Assembly (NCBI GenBank): GCA_016933965.1
Contig: JAFGTS010000044.1
Coordinates: forward strand, 59,533-123,532
Length of the DNA stretch: 64,000 bases
DNA from: Deltaproteobacteria bacterium
Lineage (GTDB): Bacteria; Desulfobacterota; Syntrophia; Syntrophales; UBA2210
Reading direction: 5' to 3'
Positions 1-14,373 of this stretch are shown here, in pieces. Under the pieces are notes generated by a model that did not search any database, was not told where the DNA came from, and saw only the letters and a list, made by a program, of their open reading frames with translations. Position 1 is the stretch's first letter, and each line of letters begins with the position of its first letter. The position numbers and the translations under genes are program-made.

Positions 1-201
1 TAACGGCTCACCGGCCGTACCGTTCATTCAATGTTCCTGAAATCAAAAGGTTACGGAAACCACACCCGGTCTGCCGGTCCAGAATTTTATTGACGGGGGT
101 CTTCTCCTGTATTAGGTTTCATTCAATGGAAGATACGATGTGCCCGGGAACAGGGGCATGCGGGTAACTAAAGGAAATCAGGGGGAGTATCATTCGGCTT
201 C

Positions 202-1566
202 ATGGCGGTAGAGAACGGGAGAAAGCGACTGTACATACGAACATTCGGCTGCCAGATGAATGTTCATGATTCGGAACAGATGGCGGTCCTGCTTGAAGAT
301 GCAGGTTTCACACGGACCGATCAGGTGGAGACGGCCGATCTTGTCATCATCAATACGTGCAGTGTCCGGGAAAAGGCCGAGCAGAAAGCCCACAGCTATC
401 TGGGGCGGCTCCGGCGGCTGAAGAGAAGGAACCCTTCTCTCATCATCGGTATTGCCGGGTGTCTCGCGCAACAGTGGGGAGGTGATTTCCTCGAGAAAGC
501 GCCCCACCTTGATTTTGTGCTCGGTACCCACAATATTCACGCGCTTTCCGAAGTGGTCGATGAGATACAGGGAACGGGAAGACGGGTCGTGAGAACGGAC
601 TTTCAGGAACAGGTGACATCGATCGGCATTCCGGTACCGGCCCGTCGTGAACAGGTAAGCGCATATGTAACAATAATGCAGGGCTGCAACAATTTCTGCT
701 CCTACTGTATCGTCCCCTATGTCAGGGGCCGTGAACAGAGCAGAAGTGACGGGGACATCATGGAGGAGATCCGGATGCTGGCCGAAGGCGGCATCAGGGA
801 AGTGACGCTTCTTGGTCAGAACGTGAATTCATACTGCAGCAACGGCAGCGGAAATCCCGATTTCCCGGAACTGTTGCACGAAGTGAACGATGTCGAAGGA
901 ATTGAGCGGATACGTTTCACCACGTCCCATCCGAAAGACCTGTCGGAAGAGCTGATGCAGTGTTTCCGGACGGTGGACAAGCTCTGCGAGCATATTCATC
1001 TGCCCCTTCAGTCCGGTTCCGATGAGGTTCTCACGCGAATGAACCGCAACTATTCGGCCGGGACCTATCTTGAAAAGGTGGCGCGTCTCCGGGATATCTG
1101 TCCGGACATCAGCGTATCGACGGACCTCATTGTCGGATTTCCCGGTGAAAGCGAGGCGGATTTTCAAAAAACTATTGACGTTATGGAAAAAGTGAGGTTT
1201 GATAACGCTTTTTCCTTCGCCTATTCCGACCGGCCCGGCATAGCCTCTGAGACGTATGGTGACAAGGTCGAAGATGGGGTAAAACGGGATCGGCTTCGAC
1301 GGCTGCAGATGCTGCAGGAATGTCACACAATGGAGAGGAATCACGGGCTTGTTGGCAGGGTCGAGGAGATACTTATCGAAGGGGTCAGCAGGAACAGCCC
1401 CAACGATATAACAGGAAGGACAAGGACGAATAAAATCGTAAATGTTCCCGGTGATATTGAATTGACGGGTACGATCATCTCCGTCAGGATCACCGGTGCC
1501 TATGCACATTCATTGAGGGGCGAAGCACTCGATGAGAGGGAGGTACGGGGATGCTTATTCAGATGA
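202..1566 (+). CDS. miaB: tRNA-i6A37 methylthiotransferase MiaB (radical SAM)
   Basis: 454-aa ORF; N-terminal YIRTFGCQMN motif, radical-SAM cluster motif CNNFCSYC, C-terminal TRAM-like region. Confidence 0.9.
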   Translation: MAVENGRKRLYIRTFGCQMNVHDSEQMAVLLEDAGFTRTDQVETADLVIINTCSVREKAEQKAHSYLGRLRRLKRRNPSLIIGIAGCLAQQWGGDFLEKAPHLDFVLGTHNIHALSEVVDEIQGTGRRVVRTDFQEQVTSIGIPVPARREQVSAYVTIMQGCNNFCSYCIVPYVRGREQSRSDGDIMEEIRMLAEGGIREVTLLGQNVNSYCSNGSGNPDFPELLHEVNDVEGIERIRFTTSHPKDLSEELMQCFRTVDKLCEHIHLPLQSGSDEVLTRMNRNYSAGTYLEKVARLRDICPDISVSTDLIVGFPGESEADFQKTIDVMEKVRFDNAFSFAYSDRPGIASETYGDKVEDGVKRDRLRRLQMLQECHTMERNHGLVGRVEEILIEGVSRNSPNDITGRTRTNKIVNVPGDIELTGTIISVRITGAYAHSLRGEALDEREVRGCLFR

Positions 1567-2051
1567 AGGTGTTCGGACTGGCCATTGATCCCATAACGAG
1601 CACCCCCATCGTCATACTGAAGGATCTTGAGGAGAAGAAGGCGGTTCCCATATGGATCGGCCTGTTCGAGGCGAGTGCCATAGCGACGCAGCTTGAAAAG
1701 ATAGATCTGGCGCGTCCCATGACGCATGATCTCATGAACGACCTTCTGCGGTCCCTGAATGTCAATGTGACGAAGATCGTCATCAACGACCTGCGGAACA
1801 ACACCTTTTTCGCCGTCATACACATTCTGAAGGATGCGGCGAACATTACCGTCGATTCCCGCCCGAGTGATGCCATAGCCCTTGCCCTTCGAGCCAATGC
1901 GCCGATCTTTGTCGATGAAAAGGTGATCGAGAAGTCGACGAAGATCGACCTGGGGCAGTCATCACAGGAGCTTGACAAATATTCGAAGGACCAGCTGAAG
2001 GAATTTCTGGAAAATCTTTCAAACGACGCCTTTGGAAAATATAAAATGTAG
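1563..2051 (+). CDS. Bifunctional nuclease (BFN/DUF151) family protein
   Basis: ORF 1551..2051; KVFGLAIDP...PIVILKD...PIWIG..EA.AI pattern typical of DUF151; ATGA overlap with miaB stop at 1563-1566 favours start 1563 (1551 is the alternative). Confidence 0.7.
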   Translation: MKVFGLAIDPITSTPIVILKDLEEKKAVPIWIGLFEASAIATQLEKIDLARPMTHDLMNDLLRSLNVNVTKIVINDLRNNTFFAVIHILKDAANITVDSRPSDAIALALRANAPIFVDEKVIEKSTKIDLGQSSQELDKYSKDQLKEFLENLSNDAFGKYKM

Positions 2052-2053
2052 AG

Positions 2054-2320
2054 GTGAGGAGATACATACCATCCGGCGTGGCGGTCATCATGAAGGAAGA
2101 AATTCGACGGCTGTACCTGAAGACAGGTGATCAGGTTTTTCACCTGCGGTATCCCGAATGGGGGTTCGGTGTTGTCGTGGAAGAACGCAATTCCTCGGTG
2201 GTCGGCGGCATGTCCTATGTAAAGATCACGTTCAGGGACGGCCACACCCGGGTGTTTGATAATAATTTCGCGAATTCATGCTGCTGTTACTATGCCGGCG
2301 TACGGCGGTGTTCTGATTGA
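2054..2320 (+). CDS. Small DUF3553-like protein (start uncertain; GTG 2054 or ATG 2090)
   Basis: 88-aa ORF between two real genes on the same strand; GDQVFHLRYPEWGFGVV...YVKITFRDG resembles the SH3-like DUF3553 pattern; family assignment from memory. Confidence 0.45.
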   Translation: MRRYIPSGVAVIMKEEIRRLYLKTGDQVFHLRYPEWGFGVVVEERNSSVVGGMSYVKITFRDGHTRVFDNNFANSCCCYYAGVRRCSD

Positions 2321-2357
2321 CCGGGATGAGTATTCCGCATCCCCGGGTGAGCGGCAT

Positions 2358-3281
2358 ATGAAGAACACGATGAAAGAAAGTCCTGACATGGCACAGGCGC
2401 TCAAGGATTTCGAATCCTATATCGAGATCGAAAAAAACTTTTCCCGTCACACGAAACGCGGGTATCTGGCCGATCTGCATCAGTTTCAGGAGTTTCTTTC
2501 CGAGAAGGGCATCACAAGCGTCGGCGAGGTGGACCGGTCGATCATCAGGGCCTTTCTGGCATTGCTCTATCGCAGGGAGAACAAGAAAGTGACCGTGTCA
2601 AGAAAGATAGCGAGCCTGCGGGCGTTCTTCAAATATCTGCTGCGCGAGGGAAAGATATCATACAGTCCCGCCGAAATGGTGCAGGCGCCCAAGGCTGACC
2701 GGTACCTGCCCACGGTACTGTCCGTGGATGAAATATTTTCGGTCCTGGGGATCGCTTTTCCCGGTGACCTCTTCGGGTTGAGGGACCGGGCGATAATTGA
2801 ACTCATGTATTCGTCAGGTGTCAGGGTCAGTGAATTGACGGGCCTCAACGACGGCGACGTGAACAGCCGGCAGCAGGTGATGAAGATCCGGGGAAAGGGA
2901 AAGAAGGAACGGATCGTACCTGTCGGGAATCATGCCCTGGCGGCGATCGACGCATATCAGGCGAAACGGAAAGAGCTCTTCGGGGCGACGGAAGAGGCCC
3001 CTCTTTTCGTGAACAGCCGGGGTGGACGCCTGTCGACTCGCAGCGTGAGGAGGATCATCGACAAGTATATCCTGCAGAGCGGTGTGAATCGGAAGATCTC
3101 CCCCCATGTGCTGCGGCATACCTTCGCCACGCACTTGCTCGATGCCGGTGCGGACATGCGGGTGATCCAGGAACTGCTCGGTCACGAAAGCCTCTCGACG
3201 ACCCAGAAGTACACATCGCTGAGCGTAAGCCGTCTCATGGAGATATACGATAAAAGCCATCCACGGGCACAGAAAGGGTAG
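2358..3281 (+). CDS. xerC: Tyrosine site-specific recombinase XerC/XerD family
   Basis: ORF 2256..3281; C-terminal catalytic [12 protein letters not shown]...GH....TT..YT motif; sits upstream of hslVU as codV/xerC does in other bacteria; the first 34 codons overlap the previous ORF, so ATG 2358 is preferred. Confidence 0.85.
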   Translation: MKNTMKESPDMAQALKDFESYIEIEKNFSRHTKRGYLADLHQFQEFLSEKGITSVGEVDRSIIRAFLALLYRRENKKVTVSRKIASLRAFFKYLLREGKISYSPAEMVQAPKADRYLPTVLSVDEIFSVLGIAFPGDLFGLRDRAIIELMYSSGVRVSELTGLNDGDVNSRQQVMKIRGKGKKERIVPVGNHALAAIDAYQAKRKELFGATEEAPLFVNSRGGRLSTRSVRRIIDKYILQSGVNRKISPHVLRHTFATHLLDAGADMRVIQELLGHESLSTTQKYTSLSVSRLMEIYDKSHPRAQKG

Positions 3282-3289
3282 CAGGAACG

Positions 3290-3874
3290 ATGCACATGAA
3301 GGGAACAACCATTCTGACCGTTAGAAGAAACGGAAAGGTCGCCGTTGCCGGAGACGGTCAGGTGACGCTTGATGTGACCATTCTCAAGCACACGGCCAGG
3401 AAGGTGCGTCGTCTCTATCACGACAGGGTGATCGTCGGGTTCGCCGGGGCTACGGCCGATGCCTTCACTCTTTTCGAGCGCTTTGATCAGAAACTCGAGC
3501 AGTATAACGGCAATCTCCTGCGTTCGGCGGTGGAACTGGCGAAGGACTGGCGGACAGACCGGGTCCTTCGACATCTGGAGGCCCTTATGATCGCGGTCAG
3601 TTCCGAAAAATCCCTGATCATTTCGGGTAACGGCGATGTGGTCGAGTCGGACGACGACGTCATGGCCATCGGTTCCGGCGGCCCCTATGCACTCGCGGCG
3701 GCGCGGGGACTCATGCGGTTCACGGACATGACGGCTTCGGATATCGCACGGGAAGCAATGGGCATTGCGGCGGAGATATGCATATACACCAATGATTCCG
3801 TGACCATTGAAGAACTTTCGGAGGACGAGGAGGAAAGCGGGGAAAACAAGACGCCTCGAAGCAGAAAGTCATAA
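3290..3874 (+). CDS. hslV: ATP-dependent protease subunit HslV
   Basis: [26 protein letters not shown] is the classic HslV N-terminus with a catalytic Thr after a short propeptide; followed by hslU. Confidence 0.9.
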   Translation: MHMKGTTILTVRRNGKVAVAGDGQVTLDVTILKHTARKVRRLYHDRVIVGFAGATADAFTLFERFDQKLEQYNGNLLRSAVELAKDWRTDRVLRHLEALMIAVSSEKSLIISGNGDVVESDDDVMAIGSGGPYALAAARGLMRFTDMTASDIAREAMGIAAEICIYTNDSVTIEELSEDEEESGENKTPRSRKS

Positions 3875-3968
3875 TCGAACGGGTTTTTTCGTGCGGCCAT
3901 CAACGGGGATATCACGTCGTTGGTGGCTTATTGCGTATGGCCTGTGAAAAAAAACAACAGAGGAACGC

Positions 3969-7503
<3,535 letters not shown>

Positions 7504-7511
<8 letters not shown>

Positions 7512-8421
7512 GGATTTATTATCACTGGACAGGCTCAGCGCCGGTGACTTCGATGTCATCCTCGATCGCTCCCGGGTCCTGAAGAAAATATTGTATGAGG
7601 GGACGCCACGGGATTCGCTCGCGGGGAAAACCCTGGGGCTGCTTTTCGATAAGTCTTCGACGCGGACGAGGCTCTCCTTCGAGGCCGGTGTAAACCAGCT
7701 CGGCGGAACGTCGACGTTTCTCAGCCGGCGCGATATGCAGCTCGGCAGGGGCGAAACGGTGGCCGACACGGCACGGGTCATGTCGAGATACCTGGATGGT
7801 ATCGTGATCAGGACCTACGAGCAGGACCTCGTGGAAGAGTTCGCCCGATGGGCTTCGATCCCGGTCATAAACGGCCTGACGGACCTGGTACATCCCTGCC
7901 AGATCCTGAGCGACCTGTTTACCATAGAAGAAAAGAAGGGGACCTGCCGGGGGATAACCGTCGCATACATCGGTGACGGAAACAACGTGGCGAATTCATG
8001 GATAAACGCCGCGGGCAAGCTTCCCTTCAGGCTGAACCTGGCCTGTCCCGATGGATATGACCCGGACGGGCCGCTCATGGAACGGGCCTTGAATGAGTCG
8101 CCCGAGGGGATCAGACTGTATCGATCACCCCGTGAAGCCGCCGCCGCCGCCGATGTCATCTATACCGACGTCTGGGCCAGCATGGGGCAGGAGGACGAGC
8201 GTGAACAGAGGATCGAACGGTTCAGGGAGTACCAGGTCAACCAGGCGCTTGTGGACTGTGCCGCCGATGACGTCATCGTGATGCACTGCCTTCCCGCGCA
8301 CCGGGGCGAGGAAATAACCGACGAGGTAATGGAAGGACCGCATTCCGTGGTCTTTGACCAGGCTGAAAACCGCCTTCACGTGCAGAAGGCGATACTGGAG
8401 ATATTAATGAGAGGAGAATAA
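7504..8421 (+). CDS. argF: Ornithine carbamoyltransferase
   Basis: 305 aa; SSTRTRLSFE carbamoyl-phosphate motif and HCLPAHRGEE motif; 8-nt overlap with argD. Confidence 0.92.
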
Positions 8422-8424
8422 ACG

Positions 8425-9633
8425 GTGAAACAAGAGGTGAAAAAAGTCGTTCTTGCTTACTCCGGTGGGCTTGACACGTCGGTGATCGTGAGATGGCTCA
8501 TCGATACCTACGGATGTGAGGTTATCTGCTTCGCGGCGGATGTGGGACAGAAAGAGGAGCTTGACGGTCTGGAGGAGAAAGCTCTCAATACGGGAGCAAG
8601 TAAAATATATATCGAAGACCTGCGCGAGGAATTTGTTCGGGATTTTGTCTTTCCCGCCCTGCGGGCGAACGCCGTCTATGAAGGGACCTATCTTTTGGGG
8701 ACGTCACTGGCGCGGCCGCTGATCGCCAAACGACAGATAGAGATTGCACGAAAAGAAGGAGCCGACGCCGTCTGTCACGGGGCGACGGGAAAAGGGAACG
8801 ACCAGGTGAGATTTGAAATGACCTACTATGCCCTGGAACCGAATATCCGGATCATTTCCCCCTGGAAGCTCGATGAATGGACACTGCGTTCACGGGAAGC
8901 CATGATCGACTACGCGGAAAAACATGACATACCGGTCAGCATCACGAAAAAGAGGCCCTACAGCGAGGACCGCAACCTTCTTCACATTTCCCACGAAGGA
9001 GGCATGCTCGAGGACCCGTGGGTCGAGCCCGATGAGGACGTGTTCGTCCTCTCAGTGTCGCCGGAAGAGGCGCCCGATGGGGCGACCTACGTTGAGATCG
9101 ATTTCGAAAAGGGTAACCCTGTAGCCGTCGACGGCAGGAAGATGGGCCCCGCCGAGCTCCTCGATCATCTGAACGGTGTGGCGGGAAAGAACGGCGTGGG
9201 CAGGGTGGACATGATAGAGAACCGGTTCGTGGGAATGAAATCGCGGGGAGTGTACGAGACGCCGGGCGGAACCGTTCTCTGGGCGGCGCACAGGGCGTTG
9301 GAATCGATCACCATGGACCGGGAGGTCATGTTCCTGAGGGATTCGCTGATACCGAAATACGCCCAGCTCGCGTACAATGGTTTCTGGTACGCCCCCGAGA
9401 TGGAAGTCCTCCAGGCGTTCATGGACGAAACGCAGAAGGATGTGACGGGAACGGCCCGTATCAAGCTTTACAAGGGCAATTGTATCGTGGCCGGCAGAAA
9501 ATCGCCCCATTCCCTCTACAGCGAGGACTTTGCCACCTTTGACAGGGATGCGGTGTATGATCAGAAGGATGCCACGGGATTCATAAAGCTCAACGCCCTG
9601 AGAATGAGGATCCGGGCAATGCTGAACCTGTGA
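8425..9633 (+). CDS. argG: Argininosuccinate synthase
   Basis: 402 aa, GTG start; [12 protein letters not shown]-pyrophosphatase motif. Confidence 0.95.
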   Translation: MKQEVKKVVLAYSGGLDTSVIVRWLIDTYGCEVICFAADVGQKEELDGLEEKALNTGASKIYIEDLREEFVRDFVFPALRANAVYEGTYLLGTSLARPLIAKRQIEIARKEGADAVCHGATGKGNDQVRFEMTYYALEPNIRIISPWKLDEWTLRSREAMIDYAEKHDIPVSITKKRPYSEDRNLLHISHEGGMLEDPWVEPDEDVFVLSVSPEEAPDGATYVEIDFEKGNPVAVDGRKMGPAELLDHLNGVAGKNGVGRVDMIENRFVGMKSRGVYETPGGTVLWAAHRALESITMDREVMFLRDSLIPKYAQLAYNGFWYAPEMEVLQAFMDETQKDVTGTARIKLYKGNCIVAGRKSPHSLYSEDFATFDRDAVYDQKDATGFIKLNALRMRIRAMLNL

Positions 9634-9720
9634 CGCACGGCGCGGAACGCATCGGGAAACATTCCGGGACCGGATGAACAGGACCGGCGGAAGACGGCCG
9701 GGAAAAGGCGGGACACTCCT

Positions 9721-11106
9721 ATGAGTAAAAGCAAAAAGCCCTGGGGAGGGCGGTTTCGGGAATCCACCGATCAGCAGGTGGAGGAATTCACCGCCTCCAT
9801 CCACTTCGACAAGCGGCTCTTCCGTTACGACATCGAAGGAAGCATCGCCCATTGCAGGATGCTGGCGCGCAAAAGGATCGTCACGGCCGCGGAGTCGAAA
9901 AAGATCATAGCCGGCCTCAGGGAGATCGGCCGCGACATGGAAGAGGGAACCTTTTCCTTTCAGGCCGATTGTGAAGATATCCATATGGCCGTGGAGAAGG
10001 CCCTGATCAAGCGTGTCGGCGAGGCGGGCGGAAAACTGCACACGGGGCGCAGCCGGAACGATCAGGTGTCGCTGGATGTGCGGCTTTATCTGCGGAGTGA
10101 GGTGCGTGGGATACGGAAGATGCTGGGCGCGTTCATGGGGACGCTCACCGCCGCGGCCCGGCGGGAGCTGGACACGATCCTCCCGGGGTACACCCACCTC
10201 CAGCGGGCGCAACCGGTCCTGCTGGCCCATTATCTTCTTGCCTTCCGGGAGATGTTGCGGCGCGATAGCGAGCGGCTCGAGGAATGCCTGGCGAGGATCA
10301 ATGTCATGCCTCTCGGTTCGGCGGCCCTCGCCGGTACGGGGATCCCCGTCGACCGGGAATACGTGGCACGGCTCCTGAAATTCCCCGGGATCTCCCGGAA
10401 CAGTATGGACGCCGTTTCGGACCGTGATTTCATTGCCGAGTTCATCTTTGATGCGGCGCTGCTCATGATGCACCTGAGCCGCTTCTGCGAAGACCTGATC
10501 ATCTGGTCGAGCGACGAGTTCGGTTTCGCGGAGATTTCCGATGCCTTTACGACAGGGAGCAGCATCATGCCGCAGAAAAAGAACCCTGATGTGGCGGAAC
10601 TCATCAGGGGCAAGACGGGACGGATCTACGGTAACCTCGTCACCCTGCTGACGGTGCTCAAGGCATTGCCGATGACCTACAACCGGGACCTTCAGGAGGA
10701 CAAGGAACCGCTCTTCGATACGGTCGATACCGTGAAGGCCTCGCTGTCGGTTCTCGACGCCATGGTGAAGAAGGTACGGTGGAACCGGAAACGGATGCGC
10801 GAGGCGGCGACGGAAGGGTACGCGACGGCCACGGACCTCGCGGAATGCCTCGTGAAAAAAGGCGTTCCCTTCAGGGAAGCCCACGGCATCGTGGGACGCC
10901 TGGTCGCGTATGCGATCGAAAAGGGAGTGCTTCTGGGTGACCTCGACCTGGACGAGATGCGACGTTTTTACCCGGCTGCGGATGAAGGGATATACCGGTG
11001 CCTTGACGTGGAACATTCCCTGCGGGCGCGGGCCGGTGTCGGGGGAACGTCAAGACAGTCCGTCCTGGCGAGGCTGAAAGAGATAGATGATGAAAAAGCG
11101 TCATAG
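9721..11106 (+). CDS. argH: Argininosuccinate lyase
   Basis: 461 aa; fumarate-lyase signature GSSIMPQKKNPD. Confidence 0.95.
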   Translation: MSKSKKPWGGRFRESTDQQVEEFTASIHFDKRLFRYDIEGSIAHCRMLARKRIVTAAESKKIIAGLREIGRDMEEGTFSFQADCEDIHMAVEKALIKRVGEAGGKLHTGRSRNDQVSLDVRLYLRSEVRGIRKMLGAFMGTLTAAARRELDTILPGYTHLQRAQPVLLAHYLLAFREMLRRDSERLEECLARINVMPLGSAALAGTGIPVDREYVARLLKFPGISRNSMDAVSDRDFIAEFIFDAALLMMHLSRFCEDLIIWSSDEFGFAEISDAFTTGSSIMPQKKNPDVAELIRGKTGRIYGNLVTLLTVLKALPMTYNRDLQEDKEPLFDTVDTVKASLSVLDAMVKKVRWNRKRMREAATEGYATATDLAECLVKKGVPFREAHGIVGRLVAYAIEKGVLLGDLDLDEMRRFYPAADEGIYRCLDVEHSLRARAGVGGTSRQSVLARLKEIDDEKAS

Positions 11107-11320
11107 AGCGGCCCTTCGGATCGCGCTTGCGCTTGCCCTGAGCGCGGTTCTCTTCATGTGTCCGGGATGCGGGAAGAAGGCGGATCCGATCTGCGCCGGG
11201 GCGGGGCATCGATTCCAGGCGGACACGGTGAAGACCTTTACCGCGGGAGAAAGCGCCGTACCCTGCCGGCCTGTTCAGGAGACCCTCTCACCCAATGAGT
11301 CCCGGGATCGCGAAGGATAG
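11087..11320 (+). CDS. Small putative lipoprotein (LptM/LppL-like position upstream of lysA)
   Basis: 77 aa; basic N-terminus, hydrophobic core and a lipobox-like LFMC; a small lipoprotein directly upstream of lysA is a recurrent arrangement in proteobacteria; overlaps the argH end by 20 nt and abuts lysA. Confidence 0.45.
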   Translation: MMKKRHRAALRIALALALSAVLFMCPGCGKKADPICAGAGHRFQADTVKTFTAGESAVPCRPVQETLSPNESRDREG

Positions 11321-12589
11321 GTGACAATGGATTACTTCCATTATCGTGACAATCAGCTCTGGTGCGAGGATGTCCCGCTGAGTTCCGTGGCGGACGCGGT
11401 GGGAACGCCTCTGTATGTGTACAGCCATCGGACCCTGAAGCGGCATTACAACGTGTTTGACTCGGCCTTTTCCGATATTCCCCATATCGTCTGTTTTTCA
11501 GCGAAGGCCAATTCCAACATCGCTATCATGCGCATATTCGTCAGGGAGGGAAGCGGCGTCGATATCGTTTCGGGAGGAGAACTGTACCGGGCGCTTCACG
11601 CCGGCGCGGACCCGGGAAAGATCGTTTACTCCGGCGTGGGAAAACGAAATGACGAGATCGAATATGCCATCGAAAACGATATCCTCATGTTCAACGTCGA
11701 ATCTCCCCAGGAGCTGAGGGTCATCAACGCCTGTGCCATGCGACTTGGCAGGCGTGCGCGGATATCGCTGCGGGTCAATCCCGATGTGGACCCGCTGACC
11801 CACCCCCATATCTCCACGGGGATGAAGGAGAACAAATTCGGCATAGACATCCAGAAATCTCTTGAGGAATACCGGGAGGCCCGGAAACTGAGCAATATCG
11901 ACATCGTGGGGGTCGACTGCCACATCGGGTCGCAGATAACCGAAATATCTCCCTTCGTGGATGCCCTTCAGCGGCTCAGGAAATTGATCATCCTGCTCCG
12001 GGAGGAGGGTATCGCGATCTCATACCTTGACCTCGGCGGCGGGCTCGGCATCCCCTATAATCAGGAAAAGCCGCCCCATCCCGTTGAATATGCCCGGGTC
12101 ATAATGGAACAATCCCGGGATATGGACTGCACCTTCATTTTCGAGCCGGGAAGGGTGATCGTGGGGAACGCGGGTCTGTTGATGACCCGGGTCCTCTTTA
12201 CGAAGACGGGCGGTAACAAGAACTTCGTCATCGTCGACGCGGGCATGAACGACCTGATCAGGCCGAGCCTGTACCAGTCATATCATCAGATAAAACCCGT
12301 CATTGAAGGGGAGAAGAGCACCATCGTCGCCGACGTGGTCGGGCCGATCTGTGAATCCGGCGACTTTCTGGCGAAGGGGAGGGAAATCCCCCGATGTGAA
12401 CGGGGAGACCTTCTGGCCGTGATGAGCGCCGGTGCCTACGGGTTCACCATGTCTTCCAATTACAATTCGCGGCCGCGGGTCGCGGAGGTCCTCGTCAGCG
12501 GTGACCGCTTTGATGTGATCAAAAAACGGGAAGATTATGAAGATTTGATCAGGGGCGAGGAAATGCCTGACTATTTGGCGATATCATGA
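11321..12589 (+). CDS. lysA: Diaminopimelate decarboxylase
   Basis: 422 aa (GTG 11321 or ATG 11327); GTPLYVYS N-terminal motif, PLP-dependent Orn/DAP/Arg decarboxylase family. Confidence 0.95.
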   Translation: MTMDYFHYRDNQLWCEDVPLSSVADAVGTPLYVYSHRTLKRHYNVFDSAFSDIPHIVCFSAKANSNIAIMRIFVREGSGVDIVSGGELYRALHAGADPGKIVYSGVGKRNDEIEYAIENDILMFNVESPQELRVINACAMRLGRRARISLRVNPDVDPLTHPHISTGMKENKFGIDIQKSLEEYREARKLSNIDIVGVDCHIGSQITEISPFVDALQRLRKLIILLREEGIAISYLDLGGGLGIPYNQEKPPHPVEYARVIMEQSRDMDCTFIFEPGRVIVGNAGLLMTRVLFTKTGGNKNFVIVDAGMNDLIRPSLYQSYHQIKPVIEGEKSTIVADVVGPICESGDFLAKGREIPRCERGDLLAVMSAGAYGFTMSSNYNSRPRVAEVLVSGDRFDVIKKREDYEDLIRGEEMPDYLAIS

Positions 12590-12628
12590 TAGAGAGAAAA
12601 GGAAACAAACCCATGAGGAGGAAGTACC

Positions 12629-13501
12629 ATGATCAGGGGATCAATAACGGCGCTGGTGACGCCCTTTAGGAACGGGGCTGTCGACGAGGAGAAATACCGG
12701 GAGCTGATAGAATTTCAACTCGCGAACGGGACCGATGGGATCGTTCCCTGCGGAACGACGGGAGAATCAGCGACCCTTTCGCACGAGGAGCATGACAGGG
12801 TCATAGAGATCGCCGTAGAAACCGTCAACAAGCGGGTTCCCGTCATTGCCGGAACGGGGTCGAACAGCACGCGTGAGGCTATCCGGTTGACGAGGCATGC
12901 CAATGAGGTCGGAGCCGACGCGGCCCTGATGGTGACGCCCTATTACAACAGGCCGACCCAGGAAGGGCTGTACCGGCATTTCAAGGAAGTGGCCGATGAA
13001 GTCCCCATCCCCATAATCCTCTATAACGTTCCGAGCAGAACCGGGGTCAACCTGCTGCCCGAAACGGACGCTCGTCTCTCTCGGGTCAGCAATATCGTTG
13101 GAGTGAAAGAGGCGTCGGGTGATCTGAAACAGATCAGCAAGGTCGTTGAACTGTGCGGGGATGATTTTACCGTGCTCTCCGGGGATGATTTTACGGTGCT
13201 GCCGATCCTCGCCGTGGGAGGCAAAGGGGTGATCTCCGTTGTTTCCAACGTTATCCCCGCTGACATGGCGGTCATGTGCGACGCCTTTGAAGCGGGTGAT
13301 CTCGCAAAGGCCCGTGAACTGCATCACGCGATGCGGCCCGTCATGGATGCCTGTTTTTTCGAGACGAACCCTATTCCGGTGAAAGCGGCACTGTCGCTCA
13401 TGGGCAAGATAGAATACGAACTCAGGTCTCCCCTCTGCCCGATGGCCGAAGGGAACTTTGAAAAACTGAAAAAGGTCCTGCAGGAGTACGGGCTCCTGTA
13501 A
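12629..13501 (+). CDS. dapA: 4-hydroxy-tetrahydrodipicolinate synthase
   Basis: 290 aa; GTTGESATLS motif and conserved KEASGD (Schiff-base Lys region). Confidence 0.95.
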   Translation: MIRGSITALVTPFRNGAVDEEKYRELIEFQLANGTDGIVPCGTTGESATLSHEEHDRVIEIAVETVNKRVPVIAGTGSNSTREAIRLTRHANEVGADAALMVTPYYNRPTQEGLYRHFKEVADEVPIPIILYNVPSRTGVNLLPETDARLSRVSNIVGVKEASGDLKQISKVVELCGDDFTVLSGDDFTVLPILAVGGKGVISVVSNVIPADMAVMCDAFEAGDLAKARELHHAMRPVMDACFFETNPIPVKAALSLMGKIEYELRSPLCPMAEGNFEKLKKVLQEYGLL

Positions 13502-13549
13502 CAGGGACGGACGTTTCTTCACCCCTGTCGGACAGGGAGGATAACTTCT

Positions 13550-14359
13550 ATGGTAAAGGCGATCGTGATGGGAGGGGCCGGGAAAATGGGGGGCAGGATC
13601 ATGTCGCTCATGTCGGCCACCGATGGCATCGAACTGGCGGCGGCTGTTGAGAAAAAAGGACACGGTCTTGTCGGAACGGATGTGGGGGAGCTCCACGGCC
13701 TTGGTAAAACGGGCGTCATACTTGAAGATGGTCTGTCATCCTGCATTGAAAAAGGCGATGTCGTCATCGATTTTACCCATCGTGACGCGACGCTCGACAA
13801 TCTGAGGATAGCTGCTGATCACGGGCGGGCCATCGTCATCGGCACCACGGGAATCACCGCCGATGACATGAAGGAGATACGGGCCATCGCTCCCCGGACC
13901 CGCTGTGTCCTCGCCCCGAACATGAGCGTCGGTGTCAATGTCCTGTTCCAGGTCCTTGAAGAGGTAACCCCCATTCTGGGTGATGATTATGATGTGGAGA
14001 TCGTGGAGGCACATCATAACCAGAAGAAGGATGCGCCGAGCGGTACGGCGGTGAAAATGGCCCAGATCATAGCCGGGGGGTTGGAACGGGACCTCGATGA
14101 AGTCGGCATTTACGGAAGAAAGGGCATGATCGGCGCCCGTCCGAAACAGGAGATCGGTATTCAGACGGTCCGGGCCGGTGATATCGTGGGAGAGCACACG
14201 GTCATTTTCGGCGGCATGGGAGAACGTCTCGAATTCATTCACCGGGCGCACAGCCGGGACAACTTCGCCCGCGGTGCCCTCCGTGCGGCACTGTGGATCG
14301 TCGGACAGGGAAAAGGGCTCTACGACATGCTGGATGTCCTGGGGTTGCGCAGCCGGTAG
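13550..14359 (+). CDS. dapB: 4-hydroxy-tetrahydrodipicolinate reductase
   Basis: 269 aa; GAGKMGG NAD(P)-binding N-terminus, EAHHNQKKDAPSGTA signature. Confidence 0.95.
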   Translation: MVKAIVMGGAGKMGGRIMSLMSATDGIELAAAVEKKGHGLVGTDVGELHGLGKTGVILEDGLSSCIEKGDVVIDFTHRDATLDNLRIAADHGRAIVIGTTGITADDMKEIRAIAPRTRCVLAPNMSVGVNVLFQVLEEVTPILGDDYDVEIVEAHHNQKKDAPSGTAVKMAQIIAGGLERDLDEVGIYGRKGMIGARPKQEIGIQTVRAGDIVGEHTVIFGGMGERLEFIHRAHSRDNFARGALRAALWIVGQGKGLYDMLDVLGLRSR

Positions 14360-14373
14360 TGCCCTCACCCCCG

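Noticed and set aside
90-118. Possible promoter for miaB (TTGACG at 90-95).
   Set aside because: The only good -10-like hexamer (TATTAG, 110-115) is 14 nt away. The correctly spaced hexamer (TAGGTT) is poor. This is not supportable without TSS data.
9052-11016. Very long ORFs antisense to real genes. Examples: 654 aa opposite argG/argH; 506 aa at 49784-51304 opposite the VWA gene; 517 aa at 58695-60248 opposite ffh/SPOR; 404 aa at 4200-5414 opposite hslU; 383 aa at 40602-41753; 328 aa at 28045-29031; 309 aa at 12767-13696.
   Set aside because: They are in exact codon register with the sense gene. For example, the 11016 antisense triplets start at coordinates congruent to 1 mod 3, as do the argH and argG codons. 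The frame stays open simply because the sense codons TTA, CTA and TCA are rare in this GC-rich genome. The products are Arg/Pro/His/Gly-rich low-information sequences, while the sense genes have unambiguous family motifs.
13157-13204. Near-identical 24-nt tandem repeat inside dapA (ggggatgattttaccgtgctctcc / ggggatgattttacggtgctgccg, giving GDDFTVLS-GDDFTVLP), which looked like a recent in-frame duplication.
   Set aside because: From memory, the E. coli DapA sequence has the same length through this segment (..DDFVLLSGDDASALDF..). No residues have been inserted. It is an internal similarity of an ordinary, full-length dapA.
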